This document shows, in pieces, positions 49,297 to 59,428 of a stretch of 64,000 nt of DNA (position 1 is the first letter of the stretch; each line of letters starts with the position of its first letter). The notes beneath the pieces are model-generated. The model ran no database searches. It was not told where the DNA came from and was given only the letters and a program-made list of their open reading frames with translations. The stretch lies in contig JAQVVF010000002.1 in assembly GCA_028699085.1 (NCBI GenBank), positions 68,557-132,556 on the forward strand, written 5' to 3'. The position numbers were made by a program, and so were the translations under genes. The stretch comes from Patescibacteria group bacterium. GTDB taxonomy: Bacteria > Patescibacteriota > JABMPQ01 > JAQVVF01.

Positions 49297-51540
49297 ATGC
49301 CTAAGTTAGTTATAGTTGAGTCGCCTACAAAAGCCAGAACAATAACTCGTTTTTTACCAAAAAAAGATTATATTATCGAATCTTCTTACGGCCATATCCG
49401 CGATCTCCCCAAAGCAGAATTAGGAGTTGATGTTGAAAATAATTTTGAACCAAAATATATTATTCCAACAAAAGCTAAAAAACAAGTCAGCATTTTAAAA
49501 AAAGAAACTAAAAAAGCTGATAGCGTGATACTTGCAACTGATGAAGACCGCGAAGGAGAAGCAATCGCCTGGCATCTCGTTAAGGCTCTCGATCTAGATC
49601 AAGACAAAGCTGATCGTATTGTTTTTCATGAAATTACCGAAAAAGCGATTCTTAATGCTTTAAAAAAGCCTCGAAAAATAAATTTAGATTTAGTCGATGC
49701 TCAACAAGCACGACGTATTTTAGATAGATTAGTTGGCTACAAACTATCGCCTTTTTTATGGAAAAAAATTAGACGCGGATTATCAGCTGGACGTGTTCAA
49801 TCTGTTGCTGTCCGCTTAATTGTTGATAAAGAGAGAGAAAGAGAAAAATTTAAAGAACAAGAATATTGGCAAATAGAAGCAGAACTAAAGAAAAAAAACG
49901 CTAAAGAATCATTTCTAGCAAGATTAATTAAAAAAGACGAAACAATCTTCAAGAAATTAGACATTAAAAATAAAGAACAAGCCGACAAAATTGTTACTGA
50001 TCTTAATAATGCAGAATATTTAGTATCAGATATTATAAAAAAAGAAATCAGAAAATCTCCAACTCCTCCATTTACAACCAGTACTTTGCAACAAGAAGCT
50101 TCAAAAAAATTAGGCTATTCTGCAAAACAAACAATGATGCTTGCTCAACAACTCTACGAAGGTATTAATATTGATGGTAAATCAACAGGCTTGATTACAT
50201 ACATGAGAACAGATTCTGTTAACTTAGCTGAAGATGCTTTAGCTGAAGCAAAAAATGTTATTGAACAAAAATATAGTTCAGAATATTCTCTATCTGAACC
50301 AAGACGTTTCAAAACTAAATCAAAAGGCGCGCAAGAAGCACATGAAGCAATCAGACCGACTTCTTTCACTAGAATCCCGGACGAAATACAAAACAGTTTA
50401 GATCCAAAACAGTACAAACTTTACCGCCTAATTTGGCAAAGAGCTCTTGCCTGTCAAATGCAACAAGCAACCCTAGATTCTGTCTCTGTTGATATCAAAG
50501 CAAAAAATTATACCTTCAGATCTAATGGTTCAACAGTCAAATTCGCTGGCTTTTTAAAAGTCTATGCGCAAGATGGAAAATTACCTTTGAAAGAAGTAAT
50601 TTTGCCAGAATTAACAAAAAACGAAATTTTAGATTTTGTAAAGTTACTTCCAGGCAAACATATGACCGAACCGCCTGCTCGCTATTCTGAAGCAACATTG
50701 ATTAAAGCACTAGAAGAACAAGGTATCGGCCGTCCATCAACCTATGCTCCAACCCTCTCCACAATTCAATTACGAAACTATGTTACTAAAGACGAAAACC
50801 GCAAATTCTATCCTACTGAAGTCGGAATTTTAGTTGATGACCTTCTAGTTAAACATTTTCCACAAATTGTCGATATTAAATTTACAGCTTTAATGGAAGA
50901 AAGCTTAGATAAAATTGCAGAAGGTGAAAAAAAATGGCAACCAACTATCAAAGAATTTTATGATCCTTTTGCTAAAAATTTAAAAACCAAAGAAACTGAA
51001 GTTAAAAAATTTGAAGAAGAAACTGGAAAAAAATGTCCAAAATGCGGAAAACCAGTTGTTATCAAATATGGACGTTTTGGGAAATTCCAAGCTTGCTCTG
51101 GCTTTCCAGAATGTAAATTTGCCGAACCAATCGAATCAGAAAAGAAAGAAAAAGAAGAGCTTGAAAAAAAATATGCTGGAGAAAAATGTGAAAAATGCAA
51201 TTCGCCGATGATTATTAAACAAGGACGTTTCGGCCAATTCTTAGCTTGCTCTAAATATCCAGAATGCAAAACAACTAAGCCAATTGAAAAAACAACTGGG
51301 GTCAAATGTCCAAAATGTGGCAAAGGAGATATTATTGAAAAAAGATCAAAACGAGGCAAAACTTTCTTTGCCTGCAACCAATATCCAAAATGCAAAAATG
51401 CCTATTGGAGCAAACCTACTGGCGAAAAATGTCCTAAATGCCAATCACTATTGATTTATGCTACTGATAAAAAAATAAAATGTTCGAGCAAAGAGTGCGA
51501 TTTTACAAAAGATCAGCCAGAAAAAAAAGAAGAAAAATAA
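49297..51540 (+). CDS. topA: DNA topoisomerase I with a C-terminal array of zinc ribbons
   Basis: TOPRIM N-terminus (LVIVESPTKA), catalytic Tyr region, and four or five CPKCG/C..C ribbons at the C-terminus. Confidence 0.95.
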   Translation: MPKLVIVESPTKARTITRFLPKKDYIIESSYGHIRDLPKAELGVDVENNFEPKYIIPTKAKKQVSILKKETKKADSVILATDEDREGEAIAWHLVKALDLDQDKADRIVFHEITEKAILNALKKPRKINLDLVDAQQARRILDRLVGYKLSPFLWKKIRRGLSAGRVQSVAVRLIVDKEREREKFKEQEYWQIEAELKKKNAKESFLARLIKKDETIFKKLDIKNKEQADKIVTDLNNAEYLVSDIIKKEIRKSPTPPFTTSTLQQEASKKLGYSAKQTMMLAQQLYEGINIDGKSTGLITYMRTDSVNLAEDALAEAKNVIEQKYSSEYSLSEPRRFKTKSKGAQEAHEAIRPTSFTRIPDEIQNSLDPKQYKLYRLIWQRALACQMQQATLDSVSVDIKAKNYTFRSNGSTVKFAGFLKVYAQDGKLPLKEVILPELTKNEILDFVKLLPGKHMTEPPARYSEATLIKALEEQGIGRPSTYAPTLSTIQLRNYVTKDENRKFYPTEVGILVDDLLVKHFPQIVDIKFTALMEESLDKIAEGEKKWQPTIKEFYDPFAKNLKTKETEVKKFEEETGKKCPKCGKPVVIKYGRFGKFQACSGFPECKFAEPIESEKKEKEELEKKYAGEKCEKCNSPMIIKQGRFGQFLACSKYPECKTTKPIEKTTGVKCPKCGKGDIIEKRSKRGKTFFACNQYPKCKNAYWSKPTGEKCPKCQSLLIYATDKKIKCSSKECDFTKDQPEKKEEK

Positions 51541-51622
51541 TTCAATTACCCTAGCAAAACTAGGGTTTTTTATTAAATTTGACTTGCTTAAAATTTAGAT
51601 TTATGCTAATAATATCAAGTTT

Positions 51623-53773
51623 ATGAACGAAAAAATATTTTTCGACCAAGCTAAACAACTTTACCAAGATAATGAGCTTGAATTAATCAAGAAGGCTTAT
51701 CTTTTTGCAAATCGCTGCCATATTGACCAAATGCGCGAAAGTAAGGAGCCTTTTATTACTCACCCACTTAATGTGGCTCTTTTTTTAATGAAAATGAATC
51801 TTGACGCCACTACAATCGTTGCCGCACTACTACATGATACTGTCGAAGATACATGCATTAAATTAGAGGACATAAAAAAAGAATTTGGCAACGAAGTTGC
51901 TAAATTAGTTTCTGGTGTTACAAAATTAAAACAAGCCGTAATTTACCAAGAAAATATTAAAAGTTATTCAGCTGAAAATATTAGAAGAATGTTTCTAGCA
52001 ATGGCACAAGATATTCGTGTTGTCTTGATCAAATTAGCTGATCGATATCACAACATGGCTACTTTAGATTACAAAGAACCAAAAAAAAGATTAGAAAAAG
52101 CCCGTGAAACACTTGATATTTATGCTCCTTTAGCAAATCGTCTTTGCATGGGTGAACTAAAAGGCCAATTAGAAGACTACGCCTTCCCTATACTAATGCC
52201 AAATGAATATAATTGGGTCAAAGGCTTAACCCAGAAAAAGATTGAAGAACGAAAAAAATACATTGATAAAGTCATAATTGATATAAAAAGAAAACTAAAA
52301 AAAGCAAATTTTAAATATATTGATATTCACGGAAGAGCAAAACATTATTACAGTCTTTATAAAAAATTATTACGCAATAATAAAAATATCAATGAAATTT
52401 ATGATATCGTTGCTTTACGTATAATAGTTAAAGACATTCCAACATGTTATGCCGTGTTAGGTCTTATTCATCAAAATTGGAGACCTTTAATAGGTAGAAT
52501 CAAAGACTATATTGCGTTACCAAAAACAAACGGCTATCAATCTATACATACTACTGTAATCAGACCAGATGGCGAAATCATCGAAATCCAAATTAGAACA
52601 GCAACTATGCACGAAGAAGCAGAACGCGGTATTGCAGCTCACTGGCAGTACGATGAATTAGGTAAGCCAAAAAATCCAGCGAAACTACCAGCTGAAAAAA
52701 TTGCTTGGATTAAAAAATTGACTGATTGGCAAAAAGAGCTGCCAATCAAAAATAGGTCAGAAAAATTTGCTGAATCTCTAAAAATTGATATCTTTAAAGA
52801 TCGCATCTTTGCTTTCACGCCAAAAGGTGACGTTTTAGATTTACCAGAAAACGCAACTCCAATCGACTTTGCTTATCAAGTTCATACTGAAATTGGACAC
52901 AGATGCAAAGAAGTTTGGATTAACGGCCATATTGCTTCATTAGATTATAAAATCAAAAATGGTGACGTTGTTAATATTGTCACCTCATCAATTGCAAAAC
53001 CAAAAAGAGATTGGCTAACTTTTGCTAAAACTAGCATTGCTCAAAGTAAAATTAAAGATTGGTTTAAAAAGGTAGATAAAGACAAAAATATCGCTTACGG
53101 GAAAAGAATTTTAAATATTGAGCTTGCTCAGTTAGGACACAAGCCAATTGAAACCGTACCTAAAACTAAACTTTCTAATGCTTTACAAAAATTAAATTAT
53201 CATGATTTAAATGGCATGCTCGCTGCATTAGGAGAAGGAGAAATCAATTTAAATCAAATCATCAAAGCTATTTATGAAGAAAAGGAATTCTTAGAAAAAG
53301 ATGACAAAAAATTTATTTTCTTTAAAAAAGAACCACAACCAAGAGCAATAATTTCCGAAACTGGCGGGTTTTTAACCAAAATAGCAAAGTGCTGTAATCC
53401 AACGATTAACGATAAAATCAAAGCTCATATCACCAGATCTGAAGGCGCTAGTATTCATAAATATAATTGCCCAGAGTTGCTAAAAGCAGAACAAGGTAGA
53501 ATTGTTGATGCTAAATGGGATACAGATCTAAAAGAAAATTTTCACGCTAAGATTGAAGTCGAAAGCCTTAATCGCATTGGTATGATCAAAGATATATCAA
53601 CACTCTTATCAAATTTTAATATTAATATTGAAAATTTTCACTCAAAACAAAATCCTAAAAAGGATACTTTTATCCTTTGTTTACACCTTGAAATAAAAAA
53701 CCTCGATCAGTTTTTCGAGGTTTTGCATGAAATTTCTAAAATTGAAGGTATAATTGATGTCAGAAAAGTTTAA
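51623..53773 (+). CDS. RelA/SpoT-family bifunctional (p)ppGpp synthetase/hydrolase
   Basis: HD domain (HDTVED), synthetase domain, TGS and ACT-like C-terminus; 716 aa. Confidence 0.9.
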   Translation: MNEKIFFDQAKQLYQDNELELIKKAYLFANRCHIDQMRESKEPFITHPLNVALFLMKMNLDATTIVAALLHDTVEDTCIKLEDIKKEFGNEVAKLVSGVTKLKQAVIYQENIKSYSAENIRRMFLAMAQDIRVVLIKLADRYHNMATLDYKEPKKRLEKARETLDIYAPLANRLCMGELKGQLEDYAFPILMPNEYNWVKGLTQKKIEERKKYIDKVIIDIKRKLKKANFKYIDIHGRAKHYYSLYKKLLRNNKNINEIYDIVALRIIVKDIPTCYAVLGLIHQNWRPLIGRIKDYIALPKTNGYQSIHTTVIRPDGEIIEIQIRTATMHEEAERGIAAHWQYDELGKPKNPAKLPAEKIAWIKKLTDWQKELPIKNRSEKFAESLKIDIFKDRIFAFTPKGDVLDLPENATPIDFAYQVHTEIGHRCKEVWINGHIASLDYKIKNGDVVNIVTSSIAKPKRDWLTFAKTSIAQSKIKDWFKKVDKDKNIAYGKRILNIELAQLGHKPIETVPKTKLSNALQKLNYHDLNGMLAALGEGEINLNQIIKAIYEEKEFLEKDDKKFIFFKKEPQPRAIISETGGFLTKIAKCCNPTINDKIKAHITRSEGASIHKYNCPELLKAEQGRIVDAKWDTDLKENFHAKIEVESLNRIGMIKDISTLLSNFNINIENFHSKQNPKKDTFILCLHLEIKNLDQFFEVLHEISKIEGIIDVRKV

Positions 53774-54690
53774 TAACTTTTTCCAGAAATTACTTCCATA
53801 ATATTTCCTAATTCTTCTTCAGAAAAGAAATCAACAATCACCTTACCTGTTTTTCCAGTTTTCTTTATTTCTACTTTTGTACCCAAAGATTGAGCCAAAC
53901 GCTCCTCATAATCTAAGATTAGAGGAGTTTTTTGATTGAAAGATCTTAAATGTTTTTTTACTTTTACACTCTTTGCTCCATTTTCAGAATCCCGAACAGA
54001 TAAATTGTTCAGCAAAATATTCTTAAATAATTTCAATTGTTCTTCTTCAGTTTTCAAACTTAAGATTGCTTTTGCATGACCAAAGCTAATTTTCTTTTCA
54101 AAAATAGCCTTTTGTATCTCTTCTGGCAAAGTCAACAATCTTAAAGTATTTGTCACAAAAGCACGGCTTTTAGCAACTTTTTTTGCTACTTCTTCCTGTT
54201 TTAAATTAAATTCATCAATTAAACTGCTGTAAGCCAAAGCTTCTTCCATGGGATTCAAATCTTGACGCTGGACATTTTCGACTAAAGCCATTTCTAATTT
54301 TTGCTGTTCAGTCAACTCTCTAACAATCACTGGAACTTTTTTTAAACCAGCAAGTTTTGATGCTTGAAGTCTTCTTTCTCCAGCCAATAGCTGATACTGA
54401 TTATCAAAAACCTTCGTTGCAATCAATGGCTGTAAAATTCCATGTATTTTAATTGATTCTGCCAACTCTTTTAACTGTAATTCATCAAAATGTTTTCTTG
54501 GTTGATGCGGATTTGGTTCAATAAAATTAGTTTCAACCAAAATTACCGACTCACTCAAAGCAGGCGAAAATTTCTTTAATCTTTCAACTGTTTTCTGACT
54601 GACTTCCTTTTTTTGACTATTTTTAACAAATTGATTCTTTTTTAATGGGATTAAAGATTCCAAACCACGTCCCAAACTCTTATTTAGCAT
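53770..54690 (-). CDS. parB: Chromosome partitioning protein ParB/Spo0J
   Basis: ParB box GERRLQAS and an HTH; it lies downstream of parA. Confidence 0.85.
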   Translation of the reverse strand: MLNKSLGRGLESLIPLKKNQFVKNSQKKEVSQKTVERLKKFSPALSESVILVETNFIEPNPHQPRKHFDELQLKELAESIKIHGILQPLIATKVFDNQYQLLAGERRLQASKLAGLKKVPVIVRELTEQQKLEMALVENVQRQDLNPMEEALAYSSLIDEFNLKQEEVAKKVAKSRAFVTNTLRLLTLPEEIQKAIFEKKISFGHAKAILSLKTEEEQLKLFKNILLNNLSVRDSENGAKSVKVKKHLRSFNQKTPLILDYEERLAQSLGTKVEIKKTGKTGKVIVDFFSEEELGNIMEVISGKSY

Positions 54691-55492
54691 AAATAGTTTT
54701 TACTTTTTGTTGTGAATTTTCTAAATTTATTTTATTAATAACGTCTAATGCTTCTTTGCCTAAACTCCGATAAGCACGAGCTCCTTTTGACCAAGAAGCA
54801 TATTGTAGAATTGATTTTCCAAAACTTGGAGCTTCAGCTAATCTAACATTGCGAGGAATAATTGATTCAAAAACTCTAAATGGAAACTTTGTTCTAACTT
54901 CTGATACAACCTCTTCCGACAATTTGATTCTTCGATCATGCATTGTCAGTAATACTCCTAAAATTTCCAAATTAGGCTGTAAATTATCTTTAATCAACTG
55001 AATTGTTTTCAATAATTGGCCTAAACCTTCCAAAGCATAATACTCACATTGTACTGGAATTAAGACATAATTAGAAGCAACTAAACTGTTAATAGTTAAC
55101 AACCCTAAAGAAGGTGGACAATCAATTAATACAAAATCAAAATCAACAAGTTTCTCTAATGCTTTTTTCAATCTATATTCTCTATCCTCCATGTCAACCA
55201 ATTCGATTGTTGCACCAGCTAGAGATTGATTAGTTGGTAACACAAAAAGATTTTTCACCACTGATTCCATAATCACATCATGAATGTCAGCTTTATCAGT
55301 CAGCACTTCATAAATTCCTTTTGTCTCTTCATTAACCAAGACACCAACACCAGAACTCGCATTTCCTTGTGGATCAAAATCAACAATTAATACCCGTTTT
55401 CCCAATTCAGCCAAAGCTGCCGCAAAATTTATTGTTGTGGTTGTTTTACCAGTACCGCCTTTTTGATTTACAATTGATATTATATTTGGCAT
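54680..55492 (-). CDS. parA: Chromosome partitioning ATPase ParA/Soj
   Basis: Deviant Walker A KGGTGKTTT. Confidence 0.9.
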   Translation of the reverse strand: MPNIISIVNQKGGTGKTTTTINFAAALAELGKRVLIVDFDPQGNASSGVGVLVNEETKGIYEVLTDKADIHDVIMESVVKNLFVLPTNQSLAGATIELVDMEDREYRLKKALEKLVDFDFVLIDCPPSLGLLTINSLVASNYVLIPVQCEYYALEGLGQLLKTIQLIKDNLQPNLEILGVLLTMHDRRIKLSEEVVSEVRTKFPFRVFESIIPRNVRLAEAPSFGKSILQYASWSKGARAYRSLGKEALDVINKINLENSQQKVKTIYAK

Positions 55493-55570
55493 ACTTTTAT
55501 CTTATCATACTATATTTAATTAAAATTGACAACAACGTAAAATCAAGCTAAAATTGATTTAAAGTGACTA

Positions 55571-55651
55571 GCCGAAGTGGCGAAATGGCAGACGCGCACG
55601 ACTCAAAATCGTGTGAGTTTACTCATGAGGGTTCGACTCCCTCCTTCGGCA
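55571..55651 (+). tRNA. tRNA-Leu (anticodon CAA), class II with a long variable arm
   Basis: Acceptor GCCGAAG/CTTCGGC, 3-bp D-stem, anticodon stem CACGA/TCGTG with loop CUCAAAA, variable arm TGAG-TTTA-CTCA, T-arm GAGGG-TTCGACT-CCCTC. Confidence 0.85.
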
Positions 55652-55675
55652 TTTATATTATACCAAATTTATTCA

Positions 55676-55702
55676 AAAACGGCTCACTCGAGTCGTTTTT
55701 TT
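55676..55702 (+). terminator. Intrinsic terminator after tRNA-Leu
   Basis: Stem acggctc / gagtcgt plus T7. Confidence 0.6.
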
Positions 55703-55729
55703 GTTATTTCATTATTTAGTTATTTCTAA

Positions 55730-56965
55730 TTATTTAAGTCCTGGCATTTCATATTTTCCACACAACTTCTTAACTTCATTCTTTATCCTTTTTAAAACTC
55801 GTTCGTTATTCACATTCTCGCTTACTTCATTCATCCAAAAAGCAATTTGCTTCATTTCTTTTTCTTTCATACCCAAAGTTGTTATTGCCGGTGTTCCAAT
55901 CCTAATTCCAGACGGATCAAAAGGTGAGCGCTTATCATAAGGTACTGTATTTGCATTACATTCAATTCCTGCTTTGATTAAAGCAGACGACATTTGTTTG
56001 CCAGACAAATTCTTGTTTGTCATATCAATTAAAATCAAATGATTGTCAGTTCCACCAGTTACCAAATCAAAATTATAATTTAATAATTCTTTTGCCAAAG
56101 CTTGAGCGTTTTTGATAATCTGCTTAGCATAATTCTTAAATTTTGAAGTATCAGCTTCTTTCAACGCTACAGCAATTGCCGCAGTTGTATTATCATGCGG
56201 TCCCCCTTGAAGACCAGGAAATACGGCTTTATCAATCAATTTAGCATGTTTTTCTTTACACATAATCATCGCTCCTCTTGGACCTCGTAAAGATTTATGT
56301 GTTGTCGTTGTTACAACATCAGCATAAGGAACTGGACTTTGATGCAATCCTGCTGCTACTAATCCTGAAATATGGGCAATATCAGCCAAAAAATAAGCAC
56401 CAACCTCATCAGCAATCTCTTTGAATTTTTTAAAATCAATCTTACGAGGATAAGCAGTTGCACCAGCAACAATAATCTGTGGTTTTTCACGTTTTGCTAT
56501 CTCTAAAATTTCATCGTAATCTAACAGGTTCGTTTTTTTATCAACAGCATATTGAACCGCATTAAAAAACTTGGCAGTTGCTGAAACTTTCCAGCCATGA
56601 GTTAGATGTCCGCCATGAGGCAAGCTCATTCCCATTATTTTTTCTGAAGGTTTAAGTAAAGCAAAATAGACCGCCAAATTTGCTGGAGAACCAGAATATG
56701 GCTGAACATTAACATGATCTGCCCTGAACAACTTTTTTGCTCGGGCTACAGCTTCTTCTTCAATTTGATCAATGTACTCTTGTCCTTCATAATATCTTTT
56801 TCTAGAATAGCCTTCAGAATACTTATTTGTCAAAATAGAGCCAGTTGCTTCTAATACGCTCTTTGAAACATAATTTTCAGAAGGAATTAAACGAATACTC
56901 TCAGCTTGTCTTTTCTGTTCTTTTTTAATAAGATCGTAAATCTTTCTATCTGTTGCTTTTAGCAT
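55730..56965 (-). CDS. glyA: Serine hydroxymethyltransferase
   Basis: PLP-lysine region TTTTHKSLRGPRG. Confidence 0.95.
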   Translation of the reverse strand: MLKATDRKIYDLIKKEQKRQAESIRLIPSENYVSKSVLEATGSILTNKYSEGYSRKRYYEGQEYIDQIEEEAVARAKKLFRADHVNVQPYSGSPANLAVYFALLKPSEKIMGMSLPHGGHLTHGWKVSATAKFFNAVQYAVDKKTNLLDYDEILEIAKREKPQIIVAGATAYPRKIDFKKFKEIADEVGAYFLADIAHISGLVAAGLHQSPVPYADVVTTTTHKSLRGPRGAMIMCKEKHAKLIDKAVFPGLQGGPHDNTTAAIAVALKEADTSKFKNYAKQIIKNAQALAKELLNYNFDLVTGGTDNHLILIDMTNKNLSGKQMSSALIKAGIECNANTVPYDKRSPFDPSGIRIGTPAITTLGMKEKEMKQIAFWMNEVSENVNNERVLKRIKNEVKKLCGKYEMPGLK

Positions 56966-57019
56966 AATTTAAAATTTAAATATCAAAAATAAAAATTACA
57001 ATGCAAAATTTAAAATTTT

Positions 57020-57643
57020 TTATTTTACATTGTCATTTTCCATTTTGATTTTTGCATTTTCAATTTTCACATCTCCTTGTCTTAACATTTTAATTTTATT
57101 TTCAGTTACATCAACTACTGTTGAGATATGGCCTTCTGTTAATTTTCCGCCATCGATCACTAAATCAGGTTCATTGCTTTTTCCCTCAAACTGTTTCTTA
57201 ATGTCTTCAACAGAATAGCAAGTCTTCTCGCCTGCCAAATTTGCACTTGTTGAAGTTACTGGAAAATCTACCTTCTCCATTATTTTTTTTATTAAATCAT
57301 AACTTGATATTCTAATTCCTAATGTATTTTTTACAAAAGGAATATTTTTTTTATTTTTTAAAACCAAAGTTAAAGGTCCAGGCAAATATTTTTTTGCCAA
57401 TTCCAATGCATTGTTATTAATCTCAACATATTCTTTTGCCATTTCCAAATCTTTCATAAAAACAGATAATTCCTTACTAACATCGCGCTGCTTAATCTCA
57501 AAAACCTTTTTAACAGCATCTTTACTCAAAGCATTAGCCAGTATTCCATAAGCAGTTTCTGTCGGTGCAACAATAACTTTATTATCTTTTAAATATTTTA
57601 TAATCTCATCAATTTTTATTTCATCGATATCAACTATTTTCAT
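57020..57643 (-). CDS. tsaC: L-threonylcarbamoyladenylate synthase (YrdC/TsaC domain)
   Basis: YrdC fold: VIVAPTETAYGILANA; 207 aa. Confidence 0.8.
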   Translation of the reverse strand: MKIVDIDEIKIDEIIKYLKDNKVIVAPTETAYGILANALSKDAVKKVFEIKQRDVSKELSVFMKDLEMAKEYVEINNNALELAKKYLPGPLTLVLKNKKNIPFVKNTLGIRISSYDLIKKIMEKVDFPVTSTSANLAGEKTCYSVEDIKKQFEGKSNEPDLVIDGGKLTEGHISTVVDVTENKIKMLRQGDVKIENAKIKMENDNVK

Positions 57644-57761
57644 AGCAATTACTTTATAAACTTTAGAAACTAATTAATTTATCTTATCATAGCCAAAACT
57701 TATTGCAAAGTTTTCTCATCTTGTTAAAATATAATTAAGATTATTAAATAATCCAAAACAA

Positions 57762-57926
57762 ATGGCAAAAGCAAAATTTGTTGGCAACAAAGAAACAAAA
57801 ATGTGCCACGTATCAGGATGCGGTGCTTTGAAAAACATCAAAAAAAGCAATCGCGAGAATTTTTCTTCCTGCAAAATTGCACAAAAAAAAGGCTACAAAT
57901 GCTGCAAGCTTTGTGGTAAAAAATAG
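57762..57926 (+). CDS. Stand-alone Ada-like zinc-binding mini-protein (54 aa)
   Basis: MAKAKFVGNKETKMCHVSGCGALKNIKKSNRENFSSCKIAQKKGYKCCKLCGKK parallels the Ada N-terminal YCrpsC...N..F.s..eA...GfrpCkrC zinc motif. It is below the ORF-track cutoff. Confidence 0.45.
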   Translation: MAKAKFVGNKETKMCHVSGCGALKNIKKSNRENFSSCKIAQKKGYKCCKLCGKK

Positions 57927-57933
57927 TTAAAAT

Positions 57934-57966
57934 ATAAAAAGACAGCACTGCTGAAGGGCTGTCTTT
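57934..57966. terminator. Hairpin terminator between convergent genes
   Basis: Stem aagacagc / gctgtctt; an A/T run is preferentially on the minus side. Confidence 0.55.
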
Positions 57967-57977
57967 AAAATTAAAAA

Positions 57978-58709
57978 TTATTTTACCATTTGCTTTGCTC
58001 TTTCAAGCTCTTCTGGCCTATTTATTCCAAGTACATTATTTAAATCAGTAGTTACTACAGTATCTAACTTTAATCCTTTTTTATTCATAATCTCAATCAG
58101 ATCAGTCAAATAATATTCTTTCTGAACATTATTATCAGTAATTAAATCTAAATTGTCTAATAATGCTTTTACTTTAAAACAATAAACGCCAATATTCATT
58201 TCTGAAATTTTCAATTCTTCTGCGGTTGCATCTTTTTGCTCAACAATTTTCAAAACATTATTATCTTTATCTCTAATTATTCGCCCCCATTCAGGCGGAT
58301 TTTTTTTGATATCAACTGTCAGTATGCAACCATCTAAATTATTCTTTTCACATTTGTCTAATAACGACAAAAACATTTCTTTTTTCAAAAAAGGCATATC
58401 TCCATAAGAAATCAAAACATATCCATCAGCATGCATTAATAAATCCTTTGCCTGCATTACAGCATGTCCAGTACCCAATTGTTCTTTTTGATATACATAT
58501 TCAACTCTATTTTTTAAATAATCTCTGACTAATTCTTGTTTAAAACCAACAACTAAAATAATTTTTTCAACATTCAGATCTTCCATTGTTCTTACCTGGT
58601 ACTCAATCATTGGTTCCTCGCCTATCTTCATCATCACTTTTGGCATATCAGTACAATTTAATCTTGTCCCTTTTCCTCCTGCCAAAATGACTGAAATAAT
58701 ATTTTTCAT
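57978..58709 (-). CDS. Sugar-phosphate nucleotidyltransferase (GlmU N-terminal-domain-like)
   Basis: LAGGKGTRL pyrophosphorylase signature; 243 aa with the NTP-transferase domain only. Confidence 0.8.
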   Translation of the reverse strand: MKNIISVILAGGKGTRLNCTDMPKVMMKIGEEPMIEYQVRTMEDLNVEKIILVVGFKQELVRDYLKNRVEYVYQKEQLGTGHAVMQAKDLLMHADGYVLISYGDMPFLKKEMFLSLLDKCEKNNLDGCILTVDIKKNPPEWGRIIRDKDNNVLKIVEQKDATAEELKISEMNIGVYCFKVKALLDNLDLITDNNVQKEYYLTDLIEIMNKKGLKLDTVVTTDLNNVLGINRPEELERAKQMVK

Positions 58710-58718
58710 AAATTTAAA

Positions 58719-58746
58719 TAAAATAAAAAGTGAAACTAGTTCACTT
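58719..58746 (-). terminator. Intrinsic terminator after the kinase-like gene
   Basis: Stem aagtgaa / ttcactt; T-run on the minus strand. Confidence 0.55.
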
Positions 58747-58751
58747 TAATT

Positions 58752-59345
58752 CTAACCCAAAGTTCGAAACCATTCAAGAATTGCCTGTGCATTTTGTTCC
58801 GCTGATTTACCAGTTGTATTCAGCAACAATTTCTTTTTCATTCTACTACTTGCAAATGCTTCTCGATATGCATCACGCTTTCGAAAAATACTTTTCAAAT
58901 CTTTGTCCCAATTACCAGTTTTTCCTAAAATCCGCCTTTCTTCCATCCTTCTATGCAATTCATCGTCATCAACATCTAACACAATCAAACAAACTCCAAT
59001 ACTATTCAGATATTCTTCCAACTCGTCATGCTCTGTATCAATTCCATGGAACAGTTTCAAATACACGATATCGGTCAGATGCAAACGCAACATTAATACT
59101 TCCTCATGTTCAGCAGCTTCAAAAACAGGCAAAAGAGATTCCATCTTTGTCCTTCCATATTCAACCATTTCCCACAACTTACCTTCATAAGACGCAACAA
59201 CAGCTGGATGATAATACCCATGAACAGTTACTGACACACATTCAGTGAATAACCTCTCCAATTCTGCCATAATGCTCGATTTTCCAGATTGATTACAACC
59301 TTCAAGAATACCCTTGAACAGCTGCATTCCCTTCCCTCCTTGCAA
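58752..59345 (-). CDS. P-loop NTPase / small-molecule-kinase-like protein, GC-rich
   Basis: Walker A GCNQSGKSS. The size and pattern resemble zeta-toxin / nucleotide-kinase-like P-loop kinases. The gene is visibly GC-richer than its neighbours. Confidence 0.5.
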   Translation of the reverse strand: MQGGKGMQLFKGILEGCNQSGKSSIMAELERLFTECVSVTVHGYYHPAVVASYEGKLWEMVEYGRTKMESLLPVFEAAEHEEVLMLRLHLTDIVYLKLFHGIDTEHDELEEYLNSIGVCLIVLDVDDDELHRRMEERRILGKTGNWDKDLKSIFRKRDAYREAFASSRMKKKLLLNTTGKSAEQNAQAILEWFRTLG

Positions 59346-59428
59346 AGTACGTTATCTTAAGATTATATAATAAAAATAAAAAAAGTCAAGATTACTTGGC
59401 TTTATTTTTTAACCATTTTTTTATAATT

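Noticed and set aside
58730-59248. 172-aa plus-strand ORF
   Set aside because: It is antisense to the Walker-A kinase-like gene 58752..59345, which has the convincing P-loop. The plus-strand translation has no motifs.
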